NCBI GenBank assembly: GCA_951406725.2
Contig: OX597824.1
Span: 79,298,001-79,362,000, forward strand
From: Octopus vulgaris
Taxonomy: Eukaryota
Direction: 5' to 3'
DNA length: 64,000 nucleotides
Shown in pieces: positions 23,989-38,194 of the stretch (position 1 is its first letter; every line of letters begins with the position of its first letter). The notes below the pieces were generated by a model that did no database searches, was not told the origin of the DNA, and saw nothing but the letters and a program-made list of their open reading frames with translations. Both the position numbers and the translations under genes were made by a program.

Positions 23989-26749
23989 CTAAAGAAAAAT
24001 TGTAATTTTCATTTTTACTTCTTCGACAGTTGCATAACTTTGCTTTCTTTGAACTGTAGAAATGCAAAACTTTTCCCTCATTTTTAATACACCATATTAA
24101 ATAAATCTGACTGATTGTATTATACTAAACAAACTTGAAATTTCAATTTAAGACAGCAGGTGGGCTCATTTTATTCAACAGAAAACAGGTTTTTAACTAA
24201 AATGTTACTGAAGCCATTAATACATTAAAATGCAACAAACCAGCAAAAGTAACAATAGTAGACTATAAACCAATCAACTGCACCCCTCCACTTGAATTTT
24301 TGGCTTTCTGCCAAGGTAAAAGAAAATCAATTATACAAATATTGTGAAAGAAAGAAAGAAACTAGTAGAAAATGACAGAATACCAAGCTCAGAAGGTAGA
24401 GACACATAACTTAAAACTAAAATATACCATTCCAGGGATTACACCTCCTTAAGAAATTAATATTTAGAGATAAGGTGTGGTGTATTGGTTTCTAGATTTT
24501 AGAGAACATAGAAGCATTTTTAGAAGATACAATATGATTAAAGGTGTAATTTGAAATTCTGTGAAGATATCAGAATTTGAAGAGACAAAGAAAAGTATGT
24601 GCATGTGTGTGTGTGTGTAGGCAGCCCAGGGGTGCATTCAAGTGTTTTTGAAGAGATTCATCTTCCTTTCAGTAGAGAAAAAAATATGGACCTATAGGCT
24701 AACTTTTATCATACACAGATTAATGAAACAACCGAAGATCAAATTTGAGTCCCACAGACACTAAAGGAGTCATTTGTTGAGATAATACTAAAGCATCAGC
24801 TAAATGTAATCATATAATGTAATAGGTGTCCAACAAGATTATGGTCTAGTGATTTATGAGTGTTGAAAATCCACTTTCATAAATAAGGGTCCAAGTGCTA
24901 ACCAAACCTAGCAACAGTTGCTACAGAGTCATAAGTGCTAAACAGCCAAATCCAAATCCAATGACAATAATTATTCAGAAGTATTCAGTTCAATTCTTCT
25001 CTAAGATTTTCCCTGCATTTCTAAACTATTAGAGTGAGGGTGGGTTTGCTTGCAACAGACTGGAAAACAATTTTAGCAGAAGAGTTGCCTCTTCTCCATA
25101 TCACAGTCTAAAACAAGTTAATCAACAGACCACTGGAATGCAGCTACTGTGAAAAATCAAACAGGTAATTTAGAGAACCAAAAGATTTTTCATATATGCC
25201 CTTCAGATCTTAAGAAGCCATTTATTTTTACTTTTCACAAGCTAGGTAAATGTTCATATACAGTGACAACAATTAAAGAGGCAATTGACTGAAATGTATT
25301 ACAGAAGTAAGGAACCTGAGGTGAAGTTGATGGTTTGAAAATTTAAAATTACATATGCAATTATTGTTTTCAAATTATTAATTTTAAGAGTATATATACA
25401 TGACTGTTACTGAAACAAACCAATCAAAACTGACTAAGAATAATGATAAATGAATGTCCACCTGCACAGATTAAATGTGAATGTTCGTAAGCATTATCTT
25501 TATGAGAATGCAGCGAACAGCTAGAATAATTAATTACTGGAGCAATGATGAATGTACTGTCGATAGCTATATCACCACACCAGACAAATAAGTAGAGATC
25601 AGTTTATGTCCCGAAGGTACAAGTCCATTCAACCAAATGAGAATGACATGTTATAATGCTCTACGTGCAATGTGTAATTTCTGGCTGAAAGAGTAGTGGA
25701 CAACTGCCACATAAATTATTATCCAGGTAGAAAGATATCTGTTAAAATTATAATTGATTTCAAAACTAGAATACAATTCCATAAAGACACACCTGAAAGG
25801 CTAAATAATGGGGCATGAAATATTTGTTATATCTGCAGAGCAGACTCCAGACATTATTGTGGCTTTGAAGTGTACACACATACACTCAAAAAAAGAGGGA
25901 TGTATAAATTTATTGAGGCACTTGCTATAAAATTAGAAAATCCTATGACCCACCCTTCCTCTTTATATGAGAGGAGGGGAGGGCAGTTTCAATTTTATAT
26001 ATAACTGAAACTTCTGTCTAACAATTAGCTGTACGGTCAAAAAACTTTCTTTGCAATCATGCAGCTTCAAGTTCAGGCCCACAGTGTGTGACAAGTTTCA
26101 TCTACTGTCACCATGAGAATTCAATACCTTGTGAGTGAATTTAGGAGATGGGGACTGTATTAAGCAGTTGTATGCATTCGTGTGTGTGTTAATATTTCAT
26201 TTATAACCCTTTAAGCCAAGCAGTGCTGACGTTGATATTCTTTGTTGGCATTCATTATGACAAGTCAATTTGTGTTTTTGAAGATTGGTGAAATATAAAA
26301 ATCCCTTACATGAAAAAAAAAAAACAGATAAGAAAGAGTTGGTAACTGGAATAGCACCCAATCATAAAATCCTTCCTCAAAATCAGTTACCATTCAACCC
26401 ATTCTAGCTAGCATGGAAAACAGACACTCATCCACTCCAAACCTCACTCATTCATATCATCAAAAATCTACAGAGCACCAACACTTGTGTTTATTGCTTA
26501 ATTAAGTGAATTTTCAAACTGCTATTATTCAGTTTTTCTTAATTTCTTGAAGTGCTTCTTAAATATTCCAGATGAATAATGCATGCTCTACAAATTAAAG
26601 ATTTCAGAAATACAATGCTTTTAATATTGTCAATCAATTTACCATCAATTAAAATTGTTACAAAGACATATTTTTCCCACCTTCTAAATGAGATATTGTG
26701 AAAGACAATTATTAAATGAATTACATGTACAGAATTTGAGATATTTTTG

Positions 26750-26793
<44 letters not shown>

Positions 26794-27810
26794 TACACAA
26801 TTTAGTTCAATGTACAACTGTGATCTTATTTTATCTTTTACACCAAGGTTTTTCCAAAAAACTTTTTCATAAGAGTTCCTTGCAGTTTATAAAGAACAGA
26901 AAAGTTTCCAAACCCATCCTGAACATTTCTGGACTTTCATAGTCTCATCTTCAGGATGAAGTGATGTTGGCATATGTTGTTGCTTCTTTATAGTATATTA
27001 TAACAATGTAAACAGTACACGACCTTAACCACAGAAATTTGATCTTCACTGTCAGATTTATGTCATCAATCAGGTGTTTCTTTGTTTTTGCTTTTTCTTG
27101 GTAACTCATGTATGTTGTCTGCTTGTTATTTCAGCAATGTACTGTATTAATCCTTTTGTAGAGAATTCTTTAGAATATAAATCTGTCCAATGTTTTCCCA
27201 TTTAGCTTTGCCTAACTTATGTAGTATCATGCAGCACAACTGCTCCGTTGCATGATGAGTCAGCGGGAGAACAAACATATTTGCATGGCCAATATAACAG
27301 CTAAAATATGAAATTCACCACATTCATAATTGCAGTCAAATTTATAATCACATTAGTCATTAGTAGCTTGTTTATGGATTTGCATGCTTGTGATTTGTTG
27401 TCTAAAAGAAAACTTCTTAATTTTAGTATTTTTATACTAGTGTTAGCTTATTGTTTGGTATGACTATATTTGTGTTTTGTTTTACAAGTTTTTTGATAAT
27501 GTTTTCATTCTATTTTACATCTAGTAAAGACCTAATTCATATAATTCATTTTGCGTAGGCTTCATACTTTTTTTTTTAGGTGTGGTGTCTGATGTATTAT
27601 TTGCTGTATTGTATTCTTCCCGTATTGTTCATTTACTTGGTCTATTGCTTTGTTATAATACCCATTGTTTACTGGTGTTTGTTTTATTCCCAGGATTTCT
27701 TTATCCAGTGTTTTGTTTGTGAGGGAGAATGTACAAAGTTCTTCTAAGTAAGAATTTTGACATTAATATTTTGTATTTATGTCCAAGTAACTTTATTTAC
27801 AGTCACCAAA

Positions 27811-28188
27811 TCTCTCTATATATAAAGCTGAAGTTGTCTGTGTATGGCAGGTTTGGTAGCCTTCAACTAACACTATCTCCTCCGAGACCCTGTGGCGCAA
27901 GTTCACCAAAATTGAGAGTATGATAGAAGAAGGCTTGTTCTTCCTTCCATAGAATAAAAAATTCAAATCGGACCATGTTAACACCAAAAATTATTTACAT
28001 CAAAAAGGTGCTTTTTTTTCCTATGAAAATCCCTATTTTTTACGATTTTTTTACTGCTGTGTCAACATTTTTCGGTGTATTTCAACCAGAAAAAGGTTCA
28101 CTTAAAGAGAATAACAAGCTACATAATGCAAAATTTTTACTTCTAAAGGGTCAAAACAAACCCGAGCAACGCCGGGCGATACTGCTAG
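27811..28188 (+). mobile_element. Non-autonomous Helitron, complete, nested in the Penelope-like element
   Basis: 5' TC start (a|tctctctatatataaag), subterminal hairpin cccgagcaacgccggg, 3' CTAG|t; inserted between A and T with no TSD. Confidence 0.8.
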
Positions 28189-29240
28189 TAAATACATACA
28201 ATTATTTCTGTATTTTGGTATAAATGGAAATGATGCTTCTGTTGCTTTTTCTCTTATGTTTAGAAACGAAGTTGTAGTGTTAAGTGTTTTATTTGTACTA
28301 TTCCATATGTTGAATTTTAGTAAGAGTCATTTTCTAGGTCTTTCTTTAATTTCTTGACGTCCTCCACTGTATCTGCTATGATGAATAGACCATTCAACAC
28401 CTAGCGTCAATGAATTTAAGTCTTGGTACTAGTTCATTTCTTTGTTGTGGCCATTTGAAATACCAAGAAGTTCTTTGTGTGCTTATATAATTTAACTCAT
28501 GAGCAGAGAGAATGTTCTTCTATTGTACAATGCATCAAGATATTTCTTTAGTAAGGGTATGTTTATTCTTTAATGTTTATGTAAATTTAATATAGTTTTT
28601 ATCGGTTCTGGCAATGAAATACTGGTTTCAAATTTTGACACAAGGCCAGCAATTCGGGGACGAGGGGATGTGTGTAATTCCATTGGTCTCAGTGCTCAAC
28701 TGGTACTTATTTGATCAACCCCCAAAGGGATGACAGGCAAAGTTGACCTCAGTGGAATTTGAACCGAGAATGTAAAGACAAATGAAATGCCCCTAAGCAT
28801 TTTGCCTCGTGTGCTAATGATTCTGCCAGCTCACTGTCTTCTCTGCCACTGAAATATTGGTAAACACACTTTCTGTGTCCTAAAGTGGAGGCGTTACCTA
28901 GTTTGTTGGTTTCTTCTAAGACCTCTAAAGAACTCTTCAGATGAACATATATAATAAGGTCTTTCCAGTACATAATGTTAATGTCTAATTGTTGAGTGAC
29001 TCTGTGTGCAAGTGTATTTATTTGAGATAATATGAGCCAGTAAGATTCTGTTGTTTGTGTATTTTCTTACTACACTAGGAGTGAATTCTCCTTCAGTGCA
29101 AAGAAAATAAGGAATTCCTAACAGTGTATTTATCAGTATAATTAGTTTATTCAGTTTACTTTTGAAATGGGTGGCTTATCTTCCTGAACCCTTATAAATT
29201 TGTTTTTACCACTACGAATTTTATTAAATTTTACAATATA

Positions 29241-29421
29241 GGCGCAGGAGTGGCTGTGTGGTAAGTAGCTTGTTTACCAACCACATGGTTCCGGGTTCAG
29301 TCCCACTGCGTGGCACCTTGGGTAAGTGTCTTCTACTATAGCCTCAGGCCGACCAAAGCCTTGTGAGTGGATTTGGTAGACGGAAACTGAAAGAAGCCTG
29401 TCGTATATATATATATGTATG

Positions 29422-29464
<43 letters not shown>

Positions 29465-29683
29465 GTGTTTGTGTGTCTGTGTTTGTCCCCCTAGCATTGC
29501 TTGACAACTGATGCTGGTGTGTTTATGTCCCCGTTACTTAGCGGTTCGGCAAAAGAGACTGATAAAATAAGTACTGGGCTTACAAAAGAATAAGTCCTGG
29601 GGTCGATTTGCTCGATTAAAGGTGGTGCTTCAGCATGGCCGCAGTCAAATGACTGAAACAAGTAAAAGAGTAAAAGAGAGAGT
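29241..29683 (+). mobile_element. SINE family A, nested in the Penelope-like RT
   Basis: Full-length ggcgcaggagtggctgtgtgg...aaagagtaaaagag. Confidence 0.9.
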
Positions 29684-29951
29684 AATATATTTATCTTTAT
29701 CCAAAACTAATATATTTTACAAATAAATTACTTCTGTCATTCCTACATATTGTGAGTTTGTCATTATTCTTCAACTCAAGCTGCATTTGTTTAAGTTTCA
29801 TACTAAGTATTTGTTTAGTGTTGCATGGGCACTTATTCATACAACACTTAATTTGAATTAAGTCTTGAAATTTATTGTCACTGTCCATTATAATGATTTT
29901 ATATCAGATATTTTCTAAGATTTAGAAGAGTAATTTGATTTTAACATTTTA

Positions 29952-30002
<51 letters not shown>

Positions 30003-30968
30003 ATATTTCGTTGTTATCCTGCTTTTGTACACGGACCTTTTTCAAACAGACAAAACCCTTTGTAACTTTCGTCCTGTGTTTTGTCCCTTTATGTTTTAAT
30101 TGATTTTTGTTAGCCCCTGTGGCCAATAAACGAATTAATTATTATTATTATTATTATTATAATAGCAGCATGTTGGACAAAATGTTTAGCGCAATTTCTG
30201 GAATCTCTTCATGATCTGAGTTCAAATTTTACTAAGGCCTACTTTACCTTTCATCCTTTCTGGGTTGATAAAATAAGTATCAGTTAGTTGAGCATTAAGG
30301 TTAGTAGATGCAATCATCAACTAGTCTCCACCCACCTAAAACTACTGGCCATTTGAAACCATCATGATTATTATTATTTTTCTCTAAGCCAGTGAGCAGA
30401 CAGAATTGTTAACATGCCAGAAAAAACACTCAGCAACATTTCATCCGTCTTTACATTCTGAGTTCACATTCTGCCAATATCAAACTTTATCTTTCATCCT
30501 TTCAGGGTCGATGCAATCGACTCACAATTGATGGCCTTGTAACAGACTTATAAAACCATTATTATGATCATTATCATCATCATACTTTAGCCGTTAAGTG
30601 GAAGTTGGTACTGAGACTTAGGAGTATAATTTGAAGTGGACCGCGTGCATATTGTGAGAGGTCAAGAAATTTAACCTTCTGTATGGCTGTGTGGAGAGAG
30701 CAATTTTTCCTTTGTAAAGTGTGCTTTGTTTATTTATATAACTGTGTCTAATTCATCATGATAGAGATGTCGATATATTAGCAAAAGCTGAGTACATATT
30801 GTTTCATAAATGTTTCTTGGTGATTTATCAATATCTATCTTTAACTGAAGAATATCTCCTTAATGTGTTTTCTATATTCTGAACTGTTGTATGCATTTGT
30901 TGTTTGATTAATTTCTCTCAGAATTTTGTCATATATTTTTGCTAATTTCTTGCTAGTTTTATCATGCA

Positions 30969-31005
<37 letters not shown>

Positions 31006-31011
31006 CTGTGC

Positions 31012-31055
<44 letters not shown>

Positions 31056-31111
31056 GCCTCAGCTTTGCACTGGCTGGCACATCCTGCACACCGCCTCAGC
31101 TTTGCACCGGT

Positions 31112-31149
<38 letters not shown>

Positions 31150-31453
31150 GCCGCAATGGCCTAGTGGTTAGGGAAGCATCCTCATGGTTGTAGGATCATG
31201 GCTTCGATTCCCAGACTGGGCGTTGTGAGTGTTTATTGAGCGAAAACACCTAAAGCACCATGAGACTCCGGCTGGGGATGGGGGTGGGGGTGGGCGGTCC
31301 CTGCTGTACTCTTTCGCCACAACTTTCTCTCACTCTTTCTTCTGTTGGTCTGCTCGCTTAGCCAGCGGGATGGCACCATTTGAAGACTAAACCAATGCGA
31401 AGCGCATTGTGACCAGCGATGTGTAGCAACATCTGATAGCCTGGTCAGCCACG

Positions 31454-31457
<4 letters not shown>
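31150..31457 (+). mobile_element. tRNA-derived SINE family F inserted in (TA)n
   Basis: A-box tggcctagtgg, B-box-like gcttcgattccc; flanked on both sides by (TA)n. Confidence 0.75.
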
Positions 31458-31496
<39 letters not shown>

Positions 31497-32747
31497 TAAT
31501 GAAGAACTTTCCTTATAGATGTTGTATTGCATACATAAGTACGTTCCAGTTTTATCATACTTATCAATGTGTTACCCTATATTTTCACAAGAGGTGCTTG
31601 CAGTTTACTTGCAACACTAAAATGCTTAAATCAATCACTAATGCTCCTTGACCGTTACAGTCTCATCATCAGGATGAAGAGAAGTTGATATATGATGCTA
31701 CCTTAATGGTAGGTAGCATCAATGTAATCGATGTAGACAATGTAAATAGAAAACTACCAACCAAAATTTATGTCACCAGTCAGATGTTTTGGGAGTACCC
31801 CCACCACATCCTTTATGATAGGTGTATGATAATACCATACATATATATTTTACTGTTGTGATGTCTTACACTTTCATCATTAATCTGCATTTTTCTTTAG
31901 AATATAGATGTATTGTTCACTAAGGTTTTTTCCTATCAAGTTTTGCTTTGCATCATTGTGAATACATTTCAATTACTTCTCTTTATGGCCACTATAACAG
32001 TACAACTCTCACATATGCAATCAAATTTATAACCACACAGGTCATTAATAGCTTGTTCAGGGGTTTACATATTTGTGATTTGATGTTGTTAAGAAAGATT
32101 TTAAGTTCAGTGCTTAGTGTTAATTTATCGTTTGGCATAATGAAGTTTGTGTTGTGTTACATGAAGGTTTTGATGATGTGCTTGTCCATACTAATGGTTC
32201 TCAAACTTTTTCAGGTTGCTGTCCCCTTGGTACCCAGGCCACATTCCTAGCACTCAACCCCATTCACCACCATGAACATAGACCACTTTCTGCAGCCAAT
32301 TTAAAACAACTGTATTTCACAAATAAAATTTAACTTAATTGACCCATTATTGTTGTTTATACATCCATCACACACCTTTTGGCCACCCCATTATCATCCC
32401 ATTTTTCTTCAATGCCCCTCCCCCACCTGGGTCTTTCCACTGTCCCCAGGGAATGTGTACAGCCCACTTTGGGAAGCAATGGTCTATACTATAGTTATTA
32501 TGCAATTTAATCCATTTGCTTACTTAATGTCCATTTTCCCCGATGCTACCCAGAGTTAAACAGTGATATAATATACTATACATATAACTTACACATAATA
32601 TACTTTATATGTGGATCACATATTTCTGATAGCTCTAATATATGACATGCAGAGGTGTATATCTTCCTGGTATTGTATTGCTTAGTCTAAAAGTTTGTCT
32701 GGTAAACCAAGCAATACAATAACACACACACACAAAAATAGTAGGTT

Positions 32748-32960
32748 CATCATCATCATCATCATCATCATCGTCGTTGTTTAACGTTCATTTTCCATGC
32801 TAGCATGGGTTGGACGGTTCGACCGGGTTCTGGGAAGCCAGGAGGCTGCACCAGGCTCCAGTCTGATCTGGCAGTGTTTCTACAGCTGGATGCCCTTCCT
32901 AATGCCAACCACTCCATGAGTGTAGTGGGTGCTTTTTACATGCCACTGGCACAGGGACCA
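32748..32960 (-). mobile_element. RTE-3'UTR-related repeat
   Basis: Near-identical to 1478-1670. Confidence 0.75.
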
Positions 32961-35340
32961 GTTAAATTTCAGTCACACGGCACTGGTCAAACACAAGACT
33001 AAAGTAGAAGGCACTTTTCCAAAATGCTGCACAGTGAGACTGAACCCAAAAATGCATGATTGCAAAGAGAACATCCTAACCTCCACAGCCATGCTTCTGC
33101 TCATTATCTAAAAACATTACTGAATGCATAATTCAATAATCACCTTAGTATATTGGCATGTACAAAGAAGAGCTGTTCCATCTGGCATTTAATTATGTCA
33201 GTTGACAGAGAAGTTGTCAATGTTTATCAAAAGCTACCCAATTAGACATTCGCTTGGGTCATTTGACCACTAACCTGGATATTATGTCTAGTAAAAGAGG
33301 TAACGTAAGTACATATGGTAACAAATAATTATATTTTGTTTTTTATTTTAACGTATGGGTATAAAAATGTATCAACATAATATATAGTATTTTTTTTTTA
33401 TGTCTTCATACATACAAAAACATTGAAAATAGAGTAACTACACACACAAACCAGATAAAAGATCTCTAAAGCCATCAGTATGCATTGTATTTCATATCAA
33501 ACTGGCGAACAATAAATAGCATTATCGGTTGCTAGGTCAATCATTGGGTCAATGGTCTCCCTTATTTGACAACAGACATCAATAATAATAATAAATCACT
33601 GGATTTTCTGGTTTCCTTTTTAAACTAGTGAAACACACACACACACACACACAATCTCCTGTCTACCACAGTTCACTGACAAGGCATAGGTTAATATGAA
33701 GCAATTGCAGAAGGCACCAGTGGGAGTGACTCAGAACCATAAGGTTAAGAAAGTAACAACACAGCAATGCTTGATTGATCTTATTAACAATGTCTGTTGC
33801 ATTTTGTATATGGAGTTATTTCTCTTTGGGTTAGATTTCACAATAAATATAAGAGAAATTACATAACACATCATATTAATTAATACATAAACAATCACTG
33901 ATTTAATTCTATAAAAAAAATGTATTTTATTTAGGCTTTTCTAACATCTTCTGCTTCCATAATGTACAGCCTGCAACTGAAGAAATGTTGAGCACTCAAC
34001 TCTGGTCTATCTACTTTTACCTTTGATCCCTTTTTACCTTTGTCCTTTGTCCAAAGACAAACAACTATTTTCTTAAATTTTATACTGCATTTAACTCAAT
34101 TTTAGGGATTGTATAAAATTCTAACTGCACTGAAACTGATTAAGATACAAATCCTTCAACTGTCAAACTATCCTGCTATCTCCATGAATCTTAAAGCCTA
34201 AATTTACATTATCAAAGTAAATGGATAAGATTTTCAATTACAAACATTACGTTAAATCCTTTGTAAACATGAATCCAAGATAGAAAAAAATGTTCACAGA
34301 ACCGACAAGAATTTGTAACCCAAATGACCATGCTAACCCTTGCACCAAAACGACCGAGCACACTTCTACAGTGCACCATTTTACCTATATGTTTGATTCC
34401 TGCTTATAAAATATTTAATATTAACAAATTTATATATATTCTTACAGGGTGATATTTGAAGCTAATTAAATCCAAAATGACAAAATAAAAGATTGCTTGT
34501 CTTAATAAGTGAGATAAAAAATCTGAACCTTTAGTGACAAAAATATTGTGAAGTGATTGGTCTGGCTCTGATGACAATGTATTAACGTAGAATTTTTACA
34601 TAAACTTATCCTAGTAAAACCTTACTGCTGTGGTCATTGAAAACTGAAGACTGATGTAAACATAATAAACAATTTAACCAGTTGCCTTGTTCATGAATTA
34701 GCGTAAAGAAAAATAGCTGCAGTGATTTCTATGCTTACATAATCTCTAAAATAAGCTTAATAGTAAATAAGTGAAATCTGTACAGAGATTTTAACACAAA
34801 CATTTCTGAGAAAATTTTTAGAGTCATCTTATCTACCTTGCATGCCAATATGTACAGTAATTAATTAGCTATTTGCTTTATGGTTTTATCATATAATTCA
34901 TTTATGCTTTGCTTCAAGTGGTATGATATTCTTTGATCTGGTTTAAGTGCCACATTTCTGCAAATAAGTCTACAACTGGTTGAAACAATGTAGACAGAAA
35001 TAGAAGCGATTCAATGTAGTATATAGTCCAGCTCATAAATACAGACAAGCAATAAACCAACTTGGCCATTTACCAACTATAATTAGAAAACAGAAATTCT
35101 ATGTAATTTTTTAAGCATAATTATGATATAACAGATACATTGCTTTGTGAATTTTAATTTGTAGCTTTACATAACTTGCCATGTTTAATATTTCTGTCAA
35201 TAAAGTAGGAGACCAAACTTCGTTATAATAGCAATTTTATCTAACGAATAAATGTTTACATAAAACATATATCGACTTCAATACTTATAAGAGTTTTTAT
35301 TCTTTCAAGTATTGCACAAATGTGTGTGTGTGTGTGTATG

Positions 35341-35379
<39 letters not shown>

Positions 35380-35406
35380 ATATGTATATATGTGTGTGTG
35401 TGTGTA

Positions 35407-35447
<41 letters not shown>

Positions 35448-37191
35448 GAATGATGTTTCTGCATTTCTGTAGATTTTCTGAATAAGCGACGAAAACAATG
35501 TTTTAATTTAAACAGCCTACTCTCATTGTTCTATTTAACAGTTATTTTTCAATTCTTGTATAAATTACTAGGACACAGCTAAACGAGTAACCCTGATCAA
35601 GCAAACTAATCTGTGATCAAATATTTTCCAGCCATAACTACCCTACCATTCTTTCAAACATAATTTATTTAGATATGCATTATTCTATTTTCCCTCCTCC
35701 AATCAGGACTGTATAGTGTGATTTAAGCAAGAATTTGCTGTTATTTCTAACAAGATTGAGCAATAGCATAGAGGTTCCTTCACAGGTTCATGTTAGATAT
35801 AACTGTACAGAGTGGTTGTAACATAATACATACCAGTGCACAAGTATTTTAATTTAAAATATGGAGATACAACTCTCCTTTACACAAAACATATACAAAA
35901 AAATGCTATTTCAGAAATTTTGCACTGTGTCTGAATATTTCAACAATATAAATGTTTTCTTATGTTTTTATAAGACATATTCAATAAAATATATTAATAT
36001 ATTAAATTCTACACAAAGTTTTTTTTTTTTATTTTGTTACATATTTTATGTACATAATTTTACATTTCTTAATCATTACTTAACAAATCTAAAATTCATA
36101 TACGAAAGTAATAGTTAAACAACAATTACTTATAATGTTATATATAACCTCTAACAGAACCCAATGAGGAACTATCTTCATTGTTACTCAACTTGCTATA
36201 AACAGTAGCCAACTTTCAAATTACACACAGTAGCATCTTAACCCTTTTACATTTAAACCATCCATGTCCAGTCAAAATATTCTACCCGTTTAACATTCAA
36301 AGTGGCCAGATTTGACCCCTCACACCTACCCTACAATGACAGCTTAAAAATAAACAAACACATCAGTGAAAGCTTGAAGCTGTGAGATAATACATGCTTA
36401 ATTCAAAACAATAAGAATATATAAGCATTACATTTGACATAGTAATCTGAATGCTAAGGGGTCAGAAAAGGACAGACATACTGGATAACATAATCCAAGT
36501 TATACTATGCCTGAAAAAGAATGGGATTATCACTGGATTACCTCTGATAATATGTCTGCTCAATAAGGGTTAATCTGGGGTTAAATAACAAACAGATTAC
36601 ATTTCCCTGTAAATTCCTAAAAGGTCAAGAGTTATATATACTTATAATTTTGCAGGCTGTGTAGAGCCCAGCATAACTTTTTGTTAGAAACATTAGGATA
36701 AGCAAAATACTTTGCGGTATTTCATTACATACTTTTAGATTTTGAGTTCAAATCCCACCAAGGTTGACTATAGCTTATGGGGAGACAACAAAATAATAAC
36801 AGTTTGAGTAACTTCCATCAATTTAATCAATTCCATTTATCCACACACCCCAATTTTGAGGTCTTGTGTTTACATTAGAAATCAATACTTATTATGATAA
36901 ATTTCAGTTAGAACACTGCATTGAAAAATTATTTCCACAAAGTTAACTATCTTTGCTAAGGTGCGAGTATTATTAATAGTTTCTAAAATATGTTCAAAAT
37001 TTTCACATCAAGTCAATAAATGTTATTAACTGGAAAACATAATTTTAAAAATACCCAATAAATTTGCAGCTGGAAAATCTTATCAGTGAATAATGAAATA
37101 TTATAAATTATTTTTTTCCTTAGCAAGAAGATACAAAGATTGTGAAATGTCAATGCTGAGGGGAAGAAAGCCAAATAGGGTAGGGGTAGGT

Positions 37192-37222
<31 letters not shown>

Positions 37223-38158
37223 TAGTGTGTGTGCGCACATGCGCTCATGTGTGTGCATGTGTCAAAAGGACAATGGAATCGTATATATATATATATCCAT
37301 TGCAGATAAACTCTAAGTGATAGCAGTAAAAAAATTTGCAGTTTATTTTCAGAGTTTACAAGCATTCCTATGCATTATCTCAAGAAAACTACATGCTTAA
37401 TCTACAACTACCACCACCATCATGATCATATTAACATATGCTTTTTCCATGTTAGCATGAGTTGGACAAGAGTAACTAAAGCAATATTCAACAGCCAGAT
37501 ACCCTTCTTGCTACCACTCCTTGTTTTCCATGTAAGATACTTTTATTGTACTGGTTGTTTGTAACACATGGTGAAAACCAACAAGAAATGGGACATTTTG
37601 TTTATGAGCTGTAAATACAGTCACCACATTTGCTCAAGTAGTGACAATGTAAGACATGAGGGAACACATACTTTGGTTTAAGTTGGATGGATGAGAAAGG
37701 GGTAATCAATACATTTCTTTTTCTTTCTTTTTTTTTAATGATACTGAAACTGAGTGTCTGTCTTGCATCTCAAGCTCCATGCCACTGTTCTTGCTTCAAG
37801 ATCACAATGACATGAAGCTTGAGAAATGAGACAAAACTTTCAGTTTCAATAAAAGGGACTACAACAGGCTTTCATATAGCTCTGTCTACCAGATTTCACT
37901 TACAAGGCCTTGGTTGGCCAACAACTGCAGTAGAAGTCATTTGCCCAAGGTAGCAACGCATTGGGATGAACTCCAAAAGTATGTGGTTGCAAAGCAAAAC
38001 TTCTTAACCACACAGCCCTGTATGCTTAACATGACAAAAACTCTTTGTCAAAATCTTACAATATAAAAGTAGATGGAGCAAAAGGGGTAGGTTGACTTCT
38101 ATGGAGTCCAGTCAAGTTGTAATTCAATTTTGATTTCTAGTTAACTACACAATGTGCA

Positions 38159-38194
<36 letters not shown>

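Larger units (their letters stand above)
26530..32195 (-). mobile_element. Decayed Penelope-like retroelement (RT + GIY-YIG) with duplicated end (pLTR), interrupted by SINEs, a Helitron and microsatellites
   Basis: Frameshifted minus-strand peptides in the expected order: ELKNNDKLTICRNDRSNLFV (~29.7-29.8 kb); KLNKLIILINTLL...GEFTP...KIHK...ILSQINT (~29.0-29.2 kb); LFIIADTVEDVKKLKKDLENDS..LKF (RYVDD region, ~28.3-28.4 kb); YKFDC...CYIGH (GIY-YIG, ~27.3 kb). A second copy of the GIY-YIG/3' segment is at 31.65-32.19 kb. Confidence 0.75.

Noticed and set aside
25545-25690. C/D snoRNA-like boxes (ATGATGA...CTGA)
   Set aside because: No terminal stem or recognisable guide; such motifs are expected by chance.
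27975-28223. Similar ORFs MKIPIF..FLTAVS.FFGVFQPEK here and at 14772-14954 suggesting a gene family
   Set aside because: Both lie within copies of the non-autonomous Helitron; the similarity reflects the repeat.
30841-31193. Overlapping ORFs rich in YI/CV/LS/TH dipeptides
   Set aside because: Translations of (TA)n, (TG)n and (TC)n microsatellites.
33932-34055. Short basic minus-strand frame WTKDKGKKGSKVKVDRPELSAQHFF...
   Set aside because: No start codon or acceptor; low-complexity purine-rich sequence.
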